Below, piece by piece: positions 24,953 through 38,840 of a stretch of 64,000 nt of DNA. The notes under the pieces are model-generated. The model was not told where the DNA came from and ran no database searches. It saw only the letters and a list, made by a program, of their open reading frames with translations. The DNA comes from Chiloscyllium plagiosum (Eukaryota). The DNA is taken from the NCBI RefSeq assembly GCF_004010195.1, contig NC_057718.1:61156233-61220232 (forward strand). The letters run 5' to 3'. The translations under genes and the position numbers were made by a program. Position 1 is the first letter of the stretch, and every line of letters begins with the position of its first letter.

Positions 24953-27498
24953 CAGAATCTGTGGAGAGAAAGCAGGGTTAACATTTTGTGTCCAGGGACC
25001 CTTATTCAGATCTCATGTATCTTATTATTAAAATTTACTTGTATGATAATTGAAATTTTTTTTTAGAAAGCGAAGATTCTTGTTTTATTTTCTAAATTGC
25101 TAGATAATAGTAACAGAGGACATGGCACGTCTGATGTCAAGCGTCAATAGCTAAAGCTTTAGCGAAGTCTGTTCATGAAAACAATCCAATTTAGAAATTA
25201 TTTATAGTGCAACAAAAAGACACTTAAAATGGATTTCAGGAGTTTGTGCTGCTGGTATTTGTGAAGTTGGGAAGCAATTCTGTTCATGGGAGAAAAACCA
25301 AACCTGTAGAAACTATATTGTTCTGGCACTATAAATATGGAGCCTTCTTGTTAAATGTTTCAACGTAGCCATCAAAGGATGACCAAGCCAATTCTTGTAT
25401 TAACACGATTCAAGAATTGAACTGTATTTTTAATAATATGGCTGTGTTGTTCTTATACTTAAGCAACAATGTCTATCTGGGCTGTTAGCAGGATGTTTGT
25501 GGTGAGACATACCAACCAAGTGTTTTCATTAACCTGGGTGTTTGCTTTACAGTGCTTTGACCACCCACTTTTCACCTTTTCTGCCATTTGACCACAGTAA
25601 CTCCCATGATGCATTGTCCTATCATTCTCTATGTTTACAGCAAAAGCTATTTAGACAATGTCTGCAACGCTTCAGCCAACAATGGCTTGACAGCAAGAGA
25701 TTATATTTAAAAGAACAATGCGTAATCAGAATTGCACTGTAGATGGAAAGCAGTACTGAAAGCATGCAACATTCATCATTTGTGATTACATAAATGCCAG
25801 ATTTTGAATAAGCCAAGCAAAAGACAATGGCAAAAGCGAGACTGGTTACTTTGATCCTCTCTATTATTTTCAGTTAATGCTGTCAGAGAACCCGTTTTTC
25901 ACCCTTTAGTCTATTAGAATTATAGCACTAATGAACTAACTTCACATAGTTATTGACTAGCCTGTCACATTCCCTGCCTGATCCTTTAATAAAAACCATT
26001 GGTCTTAGGTTAAAAATGGGGCAATTTGGGAGCGGCTGTTGGCATGTGCTGAATTGAAAATGCACTGGAAAAGTTACCCACAGTGAGATGCATTATCTGA
26101 ATAAGCTAGATTTCAAAAGTCACTGATTATTTAAATGTGACCGATAGTAAAATGTCTGCTCTGTGAGTGGTTTTAACTTTATTCTGCTTTAATGGTCACA
26201 TTACAATTACACAGACTAGTGCAGAAATGAATGGCACAGACCTGAGTAACACTGCAAGCTGAAGCCTGTAATTGTAAATCAGCACATAATGAAGGAGTTT
26301 TATCAACTGGTTGGTCGTAATAATTGAGATTGATCAAAAAATCTAATCATCAGTGTATAACAGCTATATAAAGAACAATTTGAAGAAGTAATGATTTTAA
26401 AAATTCAACTACAAATTCTAAAAAATCTGGATTTGCTGCTTAATTTATATATTTTAATATCATTACGTTGTTTTTCTCTTGATCCAGAGGGGAAAGACCC
26501 TGAAATATCAAAGTGCATTCCACCTTCAAGATACAGAAATTAAACTGAGTGCAATCTAATGTACAAAAAAATTTAATTTTCAAAAACCCACTGAATTTCT
26601 GATCATTTTCTCCAGACGTTTACAAAAATGGAAGTAAACTTTTTGTTAAGTTGGAGATCATTTGATTAATTGATCATCACCGCGTAATAAGACCAATGCA
26701 AAAACATTATTTCCATAAATTGTTTTTCTTGCAGTCAGGTGCACTCACAATATCATCTTGCTCAGTCTACATTACAAATTCACCTACAGGCACATTGCAT
26801 TTAAATTCCTTTCCAAATCTGCTGTATGCATTGACCAAGTCCACCAGGTAATTAAATCTTATGCAAAGATGGACATGATGACACTTTTTATTTGCGCACA
26901 GATGCAAGCCTTAGCTGCAGGCTAACTACACACCTCAGTTCATCCATTTACTATCTATGCACAATATAATCTTTATGAAAAAAAGAATAAACTGACAATT
27001 GAGTCCTACCTGAGTGTGGGTATAAATTGTGGCTCTTAAAGTAAGAAATTGAGATATACAAATGCTTGCTCCAGCATAGGCTTCATTGATGCAATCCTCA
27101 TGTTTGCCATAAAGCTTACTGTAAAGTGTTTTCCAACTTTTGTGTGTTTATTGAAATACTAATTTTTAGCCTCAAGTAACTCACATGGAATTTGCATTAT
27201 TACACATGGATGCAAAAAGAAAACAAATGTAAGGACTGGACGATTGAATGCAATTCTAGCAGCACAACAACATCATGCTGGCCCCATATTTGAATCGGTT
27301 CTGCAACTAGGTGTCGCTGACTGCACTGTGAGTTGTCCAGATGCAGGAGCAAGAGTCCCAGGATGGTATCTTGCAAGTAGCGCACACTGCTTAAAACTGG
27401 CTCCTATTTCCTAATGAGCAATGCATTGGGGCTGCCATATGTGCAGAAAATCAATCTGACTGAGAAAAGAGTGACGGTTGGCACAACGTGGGACAGGA

Positions 27499-27712
27499 AA
27501 GGCTCCTCAATTTTCCCTTGCTGCACCAGAGGATGTGATGGAGGTAGAAATAAGGAGCGATGTGCTGTATCTACATAGGTCTTAAAGATCAATGCAGACA
27601 TATGGCTAAAAGGTAATGGAAACAGCTAGCCATGATGTCAGTGCCAGGACCCCAAGACCCAGGACTTAAATGTGGTGCTTCAAGAAATTAACGAAATTCA
27701 TGAGTGGTCAAG
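27499..27712 (+). mobile_element. Harbinger-type Myb/SANT-like gene remnant
   Basis: KAPQFSLAAPEDVMEVEIRSDVLYL...VSARTPRPRT, similar to 13241-13460. Confidence 0.6.
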
Positions 27713-28286
27713 AGCAATGGTTGCATCTTCCAATGTCATATCTTACCTCACGCACCATTGGTTTCATACGCTACTGAGATAACCACGGCCTCATCACTCA
27801 TGTACCAACTATTTCTAATAAGCAGCACTCATAGCTGACACTCACATCTTCACCTGACCCTCACGCCCGTGGCTCGGCTGCAAATGCCACACCTGGAGGC
27901 CAAAACTTACTCAAATTATTCAACCACAACAAATGCAACACCTAAACATTTTGCAGAATACTGACAAGCACATTGCCCTCTCTCTTGCAAGAGAAGGTGT
28001 CACAAAACTGATGGCAATAGGGTTTATCTTCAGGGAGATAAACAGGTTTACAGGCCCTGGTAGAGATAGTTCTAGTCATTATTGGATGTCTATTGCCTCA
28101 GCAATGGCTAGCAGTGTGGCTGAAACATTAAAAATATTGGAATCCCACAGTTCAGTTCTTCCCTGTCCCAAATGTCTTGTTTTTACAAGCTAAGAATAAG
28201 GTGACCAGTCAATTCTTCTACTCATCGCCGATTTACTTTTGTGCCTTTTTCTACCCAGATACCCAAGAAGAGCAAACTGGATGGAT

Positions 28287-29562
28287 TCAGCATGAATTTA
28301 GTAAGGGGAGGTCGTGCCTGACAAATCTGTTAGAACTCTGAAGAGGTAACAAGTAGGTTAGACCATGGAAACCCAGTGGATGTCATCTATTAAGACTTCC
28401 AAAAGGCCTTTGATGAGGTGCCTCACGGGATGCTGCTGAGCAAGGTGAGGGTCCATGGTGTTCTAGGTGAGCTACTAGAATGGATTAGGGATTGGCTGTT
28501 TGACAGAAAGCAGAGAGTTGGGATAAATGGTTCTTTTTCGGAATGGAAGCTGGTGACAAGTGGGGTCCTGCATGGCTCAGTGTTGGGGTGCAGCTGTTCA
28601 CTTTATATATTAATGATCTGGATGAAGGGACCGGGCGCATTCGGGCGAAGTTCACCAATGATACGAAGTTAGGGGGATAGGGAGGTAGTACTGAGGAGGC
28701 GAGGAGGCTGCAGGAAGATTTAGACAGTTTAGGAGAGTCGTCCAGAAAATGGCTGATGAAATTCAACATGAGCAAGTGTGAGGTCTTGCGTTTTGAAAAA
28801 AAAAGTGTACAGGCATGGACTATTTTAAACAGTGAGAAAATTCCTAAAGCCAAAATACAAAGGGATCTGGGAGTGCTAGTCCAGGATTCTCGTAAGGTTG
28901 ATTTTCAGGTTGAGTTCGTGATTAAGAAAGCAAATATAATGTTGTCACTTATCTCAAGGGAGTTAGGATATAAAAGCAGAAATGTGCTTCTGAGACTTTA
29001 TAAAGCTCAAGACTGTATCCAATTTTGGGCCCCAAACCTCAAGAAAGACATTCTGGCACTGGAGCGTGTCCAGTGGAGATTCACAGGGACGATCTCTGGA
29101 ACGGTAAGCCTACCATATGATGATCGACTGAGGATCCTGGGATTGTATTCTTTAGAGTTGAGAAGGCTGAGGGGAGATCTAATAGAAACTTACAAGATAA
29201 TGCATGGCTTAGGAAGGATGGACGCTGGGCAGTTGTTTCCGTTAGGTGGGGAGTCTAGGACCCATGGGCATAGTCTTAAAATTAGAGGGGGTTAATTTAG
29301 AATGGAAATGAGGAGACATTTCTTCAGCCTGAGAGCGATGGGCCTGTGGAATTCATTGCCACAGAGCACAGTGGAGGCTGGGACGTTAGGTGTCTTCAAG
29401 GCAGAGATTGATAAATTATTGATCTCTCAACGAATTAAGGGCTACAGGGAGAGTGCAGGTAAGTGGAATTGAAACACCCATCAGCCATGATTAAATGGCG
29501 AAGAACTCTCGATGGGCCGAATGGCCTTGCTTCCACTCCTTTGTTTTATGGTCTTCTGGTCT
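28287..29562 (+). mobile_element. CR1-clade LINE, 5'-truncated, distinct subfamily
   Basis: VTSGVLHGSVLG; ORF 28756-29295 (ERVQWRFT, RRLRGDLIETYKI); 3' end GGCCGAATGGCCT and GGTCTT-type tail. Confidence 0.93.
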
Positions 29563-30690
29563 AATGGACTGGCAGTAGAGGGATGACAAAAGAACAATGG
29601 TGATAAAAATATGCTGGGTGTTCCTACAGGGGCCTGAGTGACATGGCCTATGGCAAGATTCATGAAAAGATTGGGCTAGAAGCCTATCAAAATACCAGGA
29701 GCAATTCGCTGCATCTCTCCTGCATTTGCTGAGTGGTGATCTGAGCTTTCATAGGCAGCAGTGAGTTTCCAACGGAGGGGGATAATAATTTGTTAAACAT
29801 CATATTAAGACTGCAACTCACCTCTTTAATATTTAGCTCCTTACCAAATGTGCAGTACAAGCTGGTCGTTGAGAATTATTGAGATGGAAGTCCGAGTGGT
29901 TACCTGACAACTTCAGCTCACCTCTAGCTGCAATGTATCCATGGGCACCAGTCTCATGCACCACAAATTTTGGCATCTGACATTTGCCAACCTTTCACAA
30001 CCATCATGGCACTTCCCCGATCCAATTAGGAAGCACAGACATGCTTTGCGGGGCACATTGGCAATTAGCATTGAAAGGCTGCTGCAAGGGCATTTTGCAT
30101 GCAGGGACAAACCCCAGTTCATGCATTGAACCAAGTTACACCTCAGGGATGCTGGCTTGTTCACATCGCAACAACCTGCATGGTCAGAGCACTACTGCCA
30201 TGTCTTTCCTTGCACTGTCAAACTATTGGGCAGCTTGCCTTGCTGTACAGCAGTGTGCTATGTCTATCTTACACCTGTACCTTATGCAGCAAACACACTG
30301 CACGTGCAGCAAGCAGGCAGCCATTTCTCAAAGTCTGAGAAGAGTATTCCTCACTGAAATCCATGACGGAACCTGTTGGTCTGGGGCTCCCAGCGTAGCA
30401 ACTCATGGGCAGCCTTCAAGGAATACCATTGCAGGGGATGGGCCATGATCAGTACATGTGCAGGTGGGGAAAGGTGATGAGGTGTCTGGAATGATTGAAT
30501 GGGCAGCATAGAGACCATGTAGGGTTTGGGAAATGGGAGTTTGGTTGGTTGAGAACAAGTGAGAGTTGCATTTGCAGACAATAGTGAGAGTGGAAGAGAA
30601 TGAGCCTTGGTGAGAGGTGGGTGCAGCAGCAGAGGTAGAGTGGGTGTGAAGTAGCAGACAGAAAAGTGTGGCATTTTGGCAGAATGGGGA

Positions 30691-30871
30691 AAGTCATTGA
30701 CCTTCTTACATCATTGCTGGCCTTTCCTCCACACTGTTAAGACTGGGGGGATGGCCCCCTACAAAGCTGTCAAGGTGGTATGGCATGGTCTCCTTTGCTG
30801 ATTCTCTGGAAAAAAGACTCCTCTCCTTTGCACCTGGACCTCCTGGTGAATCATGGTGCCTATCTTCCCAT
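30691..30871 (-). mobile_element. Harbinger-type Myb/SANT-like gene remnant
   Basis: Minus strand reads MGR*AP*F...VQRRGVFFPENQQRRP...QQ*CKKVND. Confidence 0.55.
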
Positions 30872-31329
30872 TTTATCTTCAATGATAGGCTGATATATTT
30901 TGTCAGTCCAAGAGGCAGCAGGACCAGAGGTGGAGGGAAAATAGATTAAACAATGGGGCATCAGAATTCAACCATCCTCAAACGTAATCCTCTGAATTCT
31001 GTTCTATACAGGAAAGTCTAAGCTTCACCTTCCCATTCCACTGCCAATTGAGGCCCAGAATGGTCAATAAATGAGCACTTAAGGGCTTATTCCTGCCTTG
31101 GCTGAATTAAGTTCCAGAGTGGACAAGGAAAAGTCAACCTATTTGACTGAATAACCAGCGCAGGCAAGTTGGCAGGCAATGTCAGGTTGCAACCCTGAAA
31201 TCTGCATTAACCTGTGCATAATTGAGGAATTGGGCTTAGAGAAGGGGAGTGGATTCGAAGAGTCAACCCCATACCATGGCTATAACCACCGCACCATGTG
31301 ACTACTTTCCCTCATCAGTAAGAGAAGGT

Positions 31330-31975
31330 AGACAAAGGCATAGAGCTATTCTTAAGTGGGCAATTGGAGTTGTGATAACTGAAATAACTGGGTTGAGTTC
31401 TTCACGGACAGACATGACAGAAAGTGACCATCCCTTGACTGCCCTCCTCCTTTATTACGTTGTGAAAACCCCCTGCTTTATCATAACAAATACAGCTGAC
31501 TGCCCCAAAGTGAAGGGAAGGTGACTGCTGCCAATATATTCACCACTGATCAGTAAACTTCGCTGCCTCTGGTCAGACAAGCTGAAGGAGTGTAATTCCA
31601 TTCAGTTCTGGTAAAGAGCAATGTTAACATGGTGTACCTGTTGGGTGACATACCTGCTGTACCCTGCACAATGGGAAGATTGGCATTCTCGCAAAATTAT
31701 GCCCTCACTCCATCTTCTTCTCTCAGACAAGAAACAAATGAGAACTAAACAGCTCTTACTGAGTAGAGAGACTTGGGACCTCCCATTGCAACATTGGGTG
31801 TCAAAATCTGTGATTTTGTCAATATCTCCAGCTTCAGCCTGGAGGAAACTGAATGTGTTCAAGTTCATTGTTGTGACCACAACCATCGACAATGTGGTCC
31901 TTCCTGGAAACAAAAGTCGCAGTTGTGGCTGCAGCTGGTGCAAAATTTCAGTGAGGCAGTCCTGACTCAACTGGA
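31330..31975 (-). mobile_element. Harbinger (HARBI1-like) transposase remnant
   Basis: CLTEILHQLQPQL..TTLSMVVVTTMNLNTFSFLQAEAGDIDKIT; downstream ANLPIVQG and GSSHLPFTLGQSAV (cf. PGSSHDAFIL motif). Confidence 0.7.
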
Positions 31976-32692
31976 AAAAATATCAGAGGTTCTGGTAGAA
32001 GAACTGCTCCCTCCACACCTCCCAGCTGCAAGCTGTTCCTACCCCTTCCTCCTCCTCCCTCTTCAGAAGCTCGGCCAACTCTTCAATTCTGTTTTAAGTC
32101 ATATTGTATTCTGAAAGGAATGCCGCAACTGAACCCACCATGTCTGGAAGCAAAGATAGCAAAATATACTTCAACGCTTGCCACACCACTTTGTGGAGAC
32201 CTTTGCAACTTGAAACACCTGAAGAAAGCACTGAGTTTTGCAGAATCAGACAAAAGAATTCAAACAGCAATGAACCAATAGGTAATTAATGGACTCTTTA
32301 AATAGTGCTGTGTTAAGTTCTTCCTGCCACTGACAATATTGACTGTGAGATTGATAGAAGGCATTAGCTGGTGTGTTGAGGTCCACAATGGCAACACTAC
32401 ATCAACTCAATGTTACAAATTGAATGATGTCATGATATACCTGTTCAGCATACTTGTGGCAGATGTTGAAGGGCTCTGGGTTAATTTCTGCAACAGTATC
32501 ACTACCAACACAATTCACCAATTGTGTGAAAACATATCACTGCCACCAGTTTGGAACTCTAAGCTCAGAATGGCCAATTTCTCACCCTAGCAGTCTCTAA
32601 CTCTGCAAAATCGAATCAAGCTGTGCACAAGGGAAGATTTGAATACATAAGTAAAACTGAGAGAGCAGGAAATTAGACAACAGACACCTCAG

Positions 32693-32979
32693 TGGAATCA
32701 TGGAATCATAGAATCCCTACAGTATGGAAAAAGGCCATTTGGCCCAACAACTCCACACCGAACCTCTGAAGAGTAGCCCACCCAGACCCAATGCCCTATC
32801 CTATTACCTACATTTACCCCTGATTAATGCATATAATCTACATATCCCTGAACACCATGGGCAATTTAACATGGCCAATTCACCACACCTGCATATCTTT
32901 GGACTGTGGGAGGAAACCAGAGAACCCAGAGGAAACCCACACAGAGATAGGGAGAATATGCAAACTCCACACACACAGT
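32693..32979 (-). mobile_element. HE1-type SINE, 5'-truncated
   Basis: GGGCAATTTAACATGGCCAATTCACC...TTTGGACTGTGGGAGGAAACC; tail units GATTCTAT/GATTCCAT. Confidence 0.88.
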
Positions 32980-35900
32980 TACAGAAAATATTGAATAGTT
33001 TTCACACTAATATTTGCTTCCTTTGCCTTCAAGAAGAAGATGGATTAGTAATGCACAGTACTTTAAAATATACAGGTAATTCTTCCAATTTATCTGGAAT
33101 TTTTCCATTGGATTCCAGTGATTAGAACTCTATCAATATCAATCCTAGTAGATCTTTGTTATTTGCCACAACATTGTTTTATGGTCTATGACAGTCCAAA
33201 ATTTTTGGAGTCAGATTAAGTGCGAGGATTGCTGCAAAAGCCTTCAACAAGGTGTGTTTACCATCCAGGAGGACTTTTTTTTTAATACATGGATTTTCTC
33301 TAGAGGTTGGAATGTACAAAGAGAAATGCCATATTTTGAATCATATTTCTGATTGAATTCCAATAGCTTCCAAACAGGTTTGACAAAAAAAAATTGTCCC
33401 TTTAACCTCTTGGCCCCAGAAAGACACTTGGAATATTGCATAACCTTTTTTCTACAGTCTATAGGGGAGATAGCCCATCTTTTAAACTATACAGCTTTGT
33501 AGCAAGAGAAAAAGAAAGACAGATAAAGCTGTATCCTTTGTGCCATTACAATGAAAGCTGCCTATAAGGGCCACTCAGATTGACTTCAAGTGGTCTTTAT
33601 AGATAACTGGTTTTGCCACATAGGTTCAAGTCTGGGTCATTTAATTTTGTACCATAGCTGATACTGGTGATCGGAGGTTGCTTAATAGAAGTCATATATG
33701 AAATGAGTTTCTTTCCCTGTGTTGGATCAGTATTATGTCGTACCTGAATGACATTGTGTACACATAGAGACAGATTTATGTTAAAAAATGTAGCTCTCCA
33801 ACAGTTAAAACCACGTTAAGAGCAATCAAAAGCTAATTCTGCTCCCTCTTTATTTTAATTTCAAATAAGCAGAGCCAGGAAGTTCACATTTTCTCAAGCT
33901 GCAGACATTTCTTTCTTTTTGTCGATTTGGTTAAATGGCACCATGAACCAGCTAACACTACTTTAATCCTGCCACATTATCATCTTAATAATACCACACA
34001 ATATTCACAATTGTCTGGCAGGAGTTTCAGCTATCTCTGTGAAGAAGATACATCTCGGTAAAATGAGAATATTACCGCATCAGCATATAAATCACTGACA
34101 GGCATCTTACTACTACAATTGATTTTTGTTGACAGGTCGCTGTCGGCAGTTGTGTTTAAAATGCCTTTGCTGCTGAAATTAAAAAGTTTCCATGCAGAAA
34201 TGCAAACTCTCTCCTTTCCTCCAAATCTGACAACTCGGAATAAAAAATTACCATTTCATACTTTAAAAGGACTAAAGGACAATTCTTCACTGAAAGGTTC
34301 CTGCAGTTGTCACTAATAAGTGCTTCACATATGACATTAATGCTACTGATTCCTTTCAAAAAGACTTCACTGATTGTCTGAGAATTCCTCTGAAAACACA
34401 TATTGACTAGTTTAACGCGAAGACAGTCAATTGCTGCCTATAAAATGCAAATCTGAAGTGGAGAAGATTTTAATCAAGGACAGTCGCAGCTATTGGAAAA
34501 ATGCAGCAGTATATAATAACAAAATGTATCAAATGCGGTTTGGATTGATCAGTTGGACTGTGTTGGTTTATTATTTGTATGCGTATTCAGGATGATTAAA
34601 GCATTCAGTGCACCATTTTAGAATTTCTAATATAGTTACATTTTTTCTATATAGAGTATATATTTGGAGTAATTATATTTTCAATATTGTTTATTGCTTT
34701 ACCAGTTTCACTGCAGGAGCAATCTCTTTGTTACGAAAGGGACCAAATAGAATGAATTCTCCAGGGAGAAGAAAAATGCTCAGCTTTGGCAATCTACTGC
34801 AACCAAGACTATGTAGGCTCTCAGATCAACGTAACAAAGCCAGCATTTGGATTGGTTTAATATGATAATTATTTAGATGACTACAACTAAATGTAAACAT
34901 TCTTTTTATGTTAAAATATCAAAATGCCTCATGGGCCACATTTAAAAGGCATCTAGGGAATTGACATCACCTTAATTCATTACTGTTTCATTATCAAGTC
35001 ATCAATGAACACCCATTTTGAAGTAAATAGGTAATGTACCTTCTGTTTTAAAAGGTGTGATGCACACATGTAGATCTCCACCAGCAAGTGGAGGAAGATC
35101 TGTTGTTGATGGTATATGTAATTGATAGGCCAAATTCACCCTTTTGAGTTTTCTTTCATCTCAGCATAGGAATGTGCGACCCAGCTCCTCACCAGACTGA
35201 CACTCACTCAAAGCCTTTTCCACATGAAGTCGTGAAAGAAGATTCAGTGCTGAAAGGGTTAAAGAAAGCCAAATGACTGTAACAATGGGCACACCGGAAA
35301 CTTCTTATGATGCCAATCTGATAGCTTATCCTTCCTGTTTATTCCCTAAAGAGCAGTAAAATACAGCTCACCTCACAGATCAATAGGAACTTGTGTCTCC
35401 AGACATAAGGCACTTAACCTTTGCTTGTTTGGTGACTGTTTCTCTTAATTACAACTTCTAAAAGCATTCATTGCAGTTCAGCTGCAGGAAACGGTCTGTC
35501 TCAGACCTACATCCTTTTCCAAAGTATTTGGTTTCAGGCAGGAGAAACATTCCAAACAGCACATAAGCAGCAAATTCGCTGAATTAGAGTTTCTTTGGAT
35601 CGGTCTTTGTCAAGAACAGTAGAGATTTCACGTTCAATTCTTCCACTTACTGAATTTGAGCTAACAACCTTTTCCATTTTCCCAAACAATCAGTCAGCAA
35701 TATTCAGTTAAGAAGCTCCCAACATGCTGAGATTCTGAATATAGCGAAATCGTGTTGCAATATATTTAGCACAACTGGATAACAGAAAGCTGTTATCTTC
35801 TATAATGTGCACACTCTTAGATACCTAATAATAGACGATATTAGAATGACAATTTTAATAAAGGAGTGTTGGAAACCAATAGTGACAGAAATAGACTAGC

Positions 35901-36227
35901 AGTCCAGTGATTAAGGCATTGCTCACAAGCCTCTGCTCATAACTAGGTTGCATCCGAACATTGCCTGACAGCCAAATCCATCAGGTCCCACTTGTGATGA
36001 GTTTTGAGATCCATTTTCAGATATGCCATCCATATGAGATACCTCACGGCAGTCGATGATTGAACTTCAGAGAAAACAACCAATATCAGGCAACTTATTT
36101 CACAGAGAACACAACCTTGGTGATTAAACACAATACATAATGAAGGACAAACATGACACTGTTGGTTATCCCCCTGGCTGAAGGAGACTACTTGAAATTA
36201 AAACATTATAAATGATGAAAGTGAAGG

Positions 36228-37175
36228 TTTTTTTTAAAATTCAATCATGGGATGTGGGCTTGCTGCAAGGCCAGCATTAGCTTCCCATGTCTAATCAATT
36301 TTGATAAAGTGGTGGTGAGCTGCCTTCTTGAACTGTAGAAGTCCATCTCACATGTGTACATCCACAGTGCTATAAGGCAGGGAGTTCCAGGATTTTAGTA
36401 CAGCGACAATGGATGAACAGTGATATAATTCCACGTTAGAATGTGGCATGGTAGGGAGGTTGCACGAGGTGTGGCTCCCAAACGTCTGGAGCTCTTGACC
36501 TTCTAGGCCGTACATCTAGCTCATTTAGAGAGTGTCGTCTAAGAAGCGTTTGTGAGTTATTGAAGTGTATTTTGTAGATGGTACACACTGCTGCCACTGA
36601 ATGAACAATGATCGGAGCAAATGTTTAAGTTGATGAATGGGTGCCAATTAAGTAGGCTGTTTTCAGCCTTGGATGGTGTGGAGTTTTTTGAGTGTTGTTA
36701 TTACAGCCTCACTCGTTCAGGTAATTGAAGAGTATTCCATCAAACTCTTGATGTGTGCCTTACCATGGTTAATAGACTTTGGGGAACCAGGAGGTAAGTT
36801 GCTTGCTTCAGAGTTTTCAGGCTCTGATCTATTCCTGGAGACACAGTATTTACATGGGTGTCTCAGCTGAGCTTTTGCCATTCAGTTGATCAATGAATTG
36901 GCTGATTAGTATCTATGATGTTTGGGTCCTTAGGAGGAGTCTGAGATGGATCATTCAATTAATAATTCTGAATGTTGATCATTACAATTGCTTTAGTCTT
37001 CTCTTTTTCAGAGATTTCCTGGTTTTCTCCATTAATATCACCAATAGGGGCATTTGTGTAGCATCTGCCTCCAGTTAGTTATTTAATTTTGCACCACCAT
37101 TCCTGACCAGCAAGACTGAAGAGTTACGATCTAATTTGCTTATTGTTGGATCATTTAGCTCTGTCTATTACACAC
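36228..37175 (-). mobile_element. 3' part of the LINE family seen at 4000-5216
   Basis: T-run then CATGGGATGTGGGC..GGCCAGCATT and GTGGTGGTGAGCTGCCTTCTTGAACTG, the reverse complement of the 4930-5000 region. Confidence 0.8.
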
Positions 37176-37339
37176 TGTTTTTGTAAACTACAAATTGTCT
37201 TTGCCCAAATGTTCTAAGATTACAATGCACAAGAAGCTCTTGAATAGATCTTCCACATTTTTATTGAAAAATTCCTTATATTACTCAGCCATTAATAGAA
37301 GTCAAATAATTTACAAAGAAGCTGAGGTATCATATGCTT

Positions 37340-37480
37340 CAATACACAGAATCAAGAGCTATTGGGAACAGGCAGAAAAGTGGATGGATGATTATCAGAT
37401 CAGGTATGATCTTATTGGAGAGCATAGTTGATTCAATGGGCTGAATGGTCTACTTCTGCTCCTACAGCTTGTGGTCTTAT
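37340..37480 (+). mobile_element. CR1 3' UTR remnant
   Basis: GGGCTGAATGGTCTACTTCTGCTCCTA..GGTCTTAT, like the end of 28287-29562. Confidence 0.65.
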
Positions 37481-38333
37481 AGACAGATTTTCATTGCAAT
37501 TATTCTGATCAAAGGACTGTCAACTATATATCTAACATCAGATTTTGGAAAGTTCACTGACTTTCATTTTTTAACCAAGCACCAACAATAGCCAGTGAAT
37601 TTACACCATATTTTCCCTGTGTGCAAATCATCAGTAAAAACACACAGCACCAGCAGGCAGACACACCATGAAAGTCCCCAAGTGTCCTGGGAAAATTCAC
37701 TCCAGCAAAAGACCAATTGGAGAAAGGTTGGACTGATAGAGTAGAAGGAACTAACAGGAAGAAGGGCACATCTCTCCATTGCGTGCTGTTGATAAGTTCA
37801 TAGTGAGCACACCAGCAGCATCCTGTGATTGGAGGAGCATGGGGCAGCTTGGAAGGTCAATGCTTGCATTGAGGGAGTCACTGGGGAAGACCTTTACTGG
37901 GAGATAAGGTCTGGAGGGGTGAGAACTGGAGATCGGGGAGGAATGACAGCTCTCACCATGGCACCCTGAAGTGAGGCCTGGTAGTGGGGACAGCTGTCAT
38001 TGGCCAGGATACAAGTCTTTTGTCAGGCTGGAAGGGTCTTGAGCTGGATCTGGGCATTGTGCCTGCCAAGAAGGATATATATATACATCTTGTTTTCCTA
38101 TGCTGCAGCAGGCTCTCACACAGATAGCGATCCATGGTACAACCTATATGAACATTGAGGCAGGCATTGTGTTAGCATGGTGACATTTGGGACTACACAA
38201 AGATTCAAGTAAACAGATGTAGTGCAAAAACAATCAAATTTGTACAAATGTGAAACTTCATACACTGTCACCGATGACACCAAAGTGCTCTCAAAGGATT
38301 TTTTTCTTTCTTTGCCTCCTATTAGATTTTAGT

Positions 38334-38840
38334 CGCGACTGTGGTGTTGGAAAAGCATAGCAGGTCAGACAGCATCCAAGGGGCAGGAGAATCGACATTT
38401 CAGGCAAAAATCCTTCATCAGGAATGAGGTTGAAGACAGGAATCAGCCTCATTCCTGATGAAAAGCTTATGCTCAAAATGTTGATTCTCCTGCTCCTCGG
38501 ATGTTGCCTGACCTGCTGTGTTTTTCCAGCACCACACTCTTGTCTCTGATCTCCAGCATCTATAGTCCTCACTTTCTCCTAGTTGATTTTAACCTGACTG
38601 TGAAGCCTTTTCCAAGGATGCCTACCGTGAAGACATTCTCCTCCTCTCTCTACAAAGACCTCAATGACTGTCTCTCTCACTGCACCCCCAGGGCATGTTC
38701 TCTGCCCCCAGGCAGATTTCTGATGAAGGGCTTATGCCCAAAATGCCAATTCTCCTGCTGTTTAGATGCTGCCTGACCTGCTGTGCTTTTCCAGCACCAC
38801 ATTCTAAACTCTAATCTCCAGCATCCGCATGCCTCACTTT
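38334..38840 (+). mobile_element. Family A PLE derivative: inverted arm, terminal repeat, ~130-bp spacer, second terminal repeat
   Basis: 18-bp duplication CTCCTATTAGATTTTAGT at 38316-38333 and 38841-38858; three degenerate hammerhead motifs (near 38395-38420 minus, 38455 plus, 38720 plus). Confidence 0.87.

Larger units (their letters stand above)
24665..25010 (-). mobile_element. PLE terminal repeat arm (family B), interrupted by a family A insertion
   Basis: Homologous to 16200-16300; ends at a degenerate hammerhead (minus strand CTGAATAAGGGTCCCTGGACACAAAATGTT). Confidence 0.75.

Noticed and set aside
27019..27118. Possible minus-strand host exon (CAG...GTAGG, open frame KLYGKHEDCINEAYAG)
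   Set aside because: Poor polypyrimidine tract, unrecognised peptide and no partner exons.
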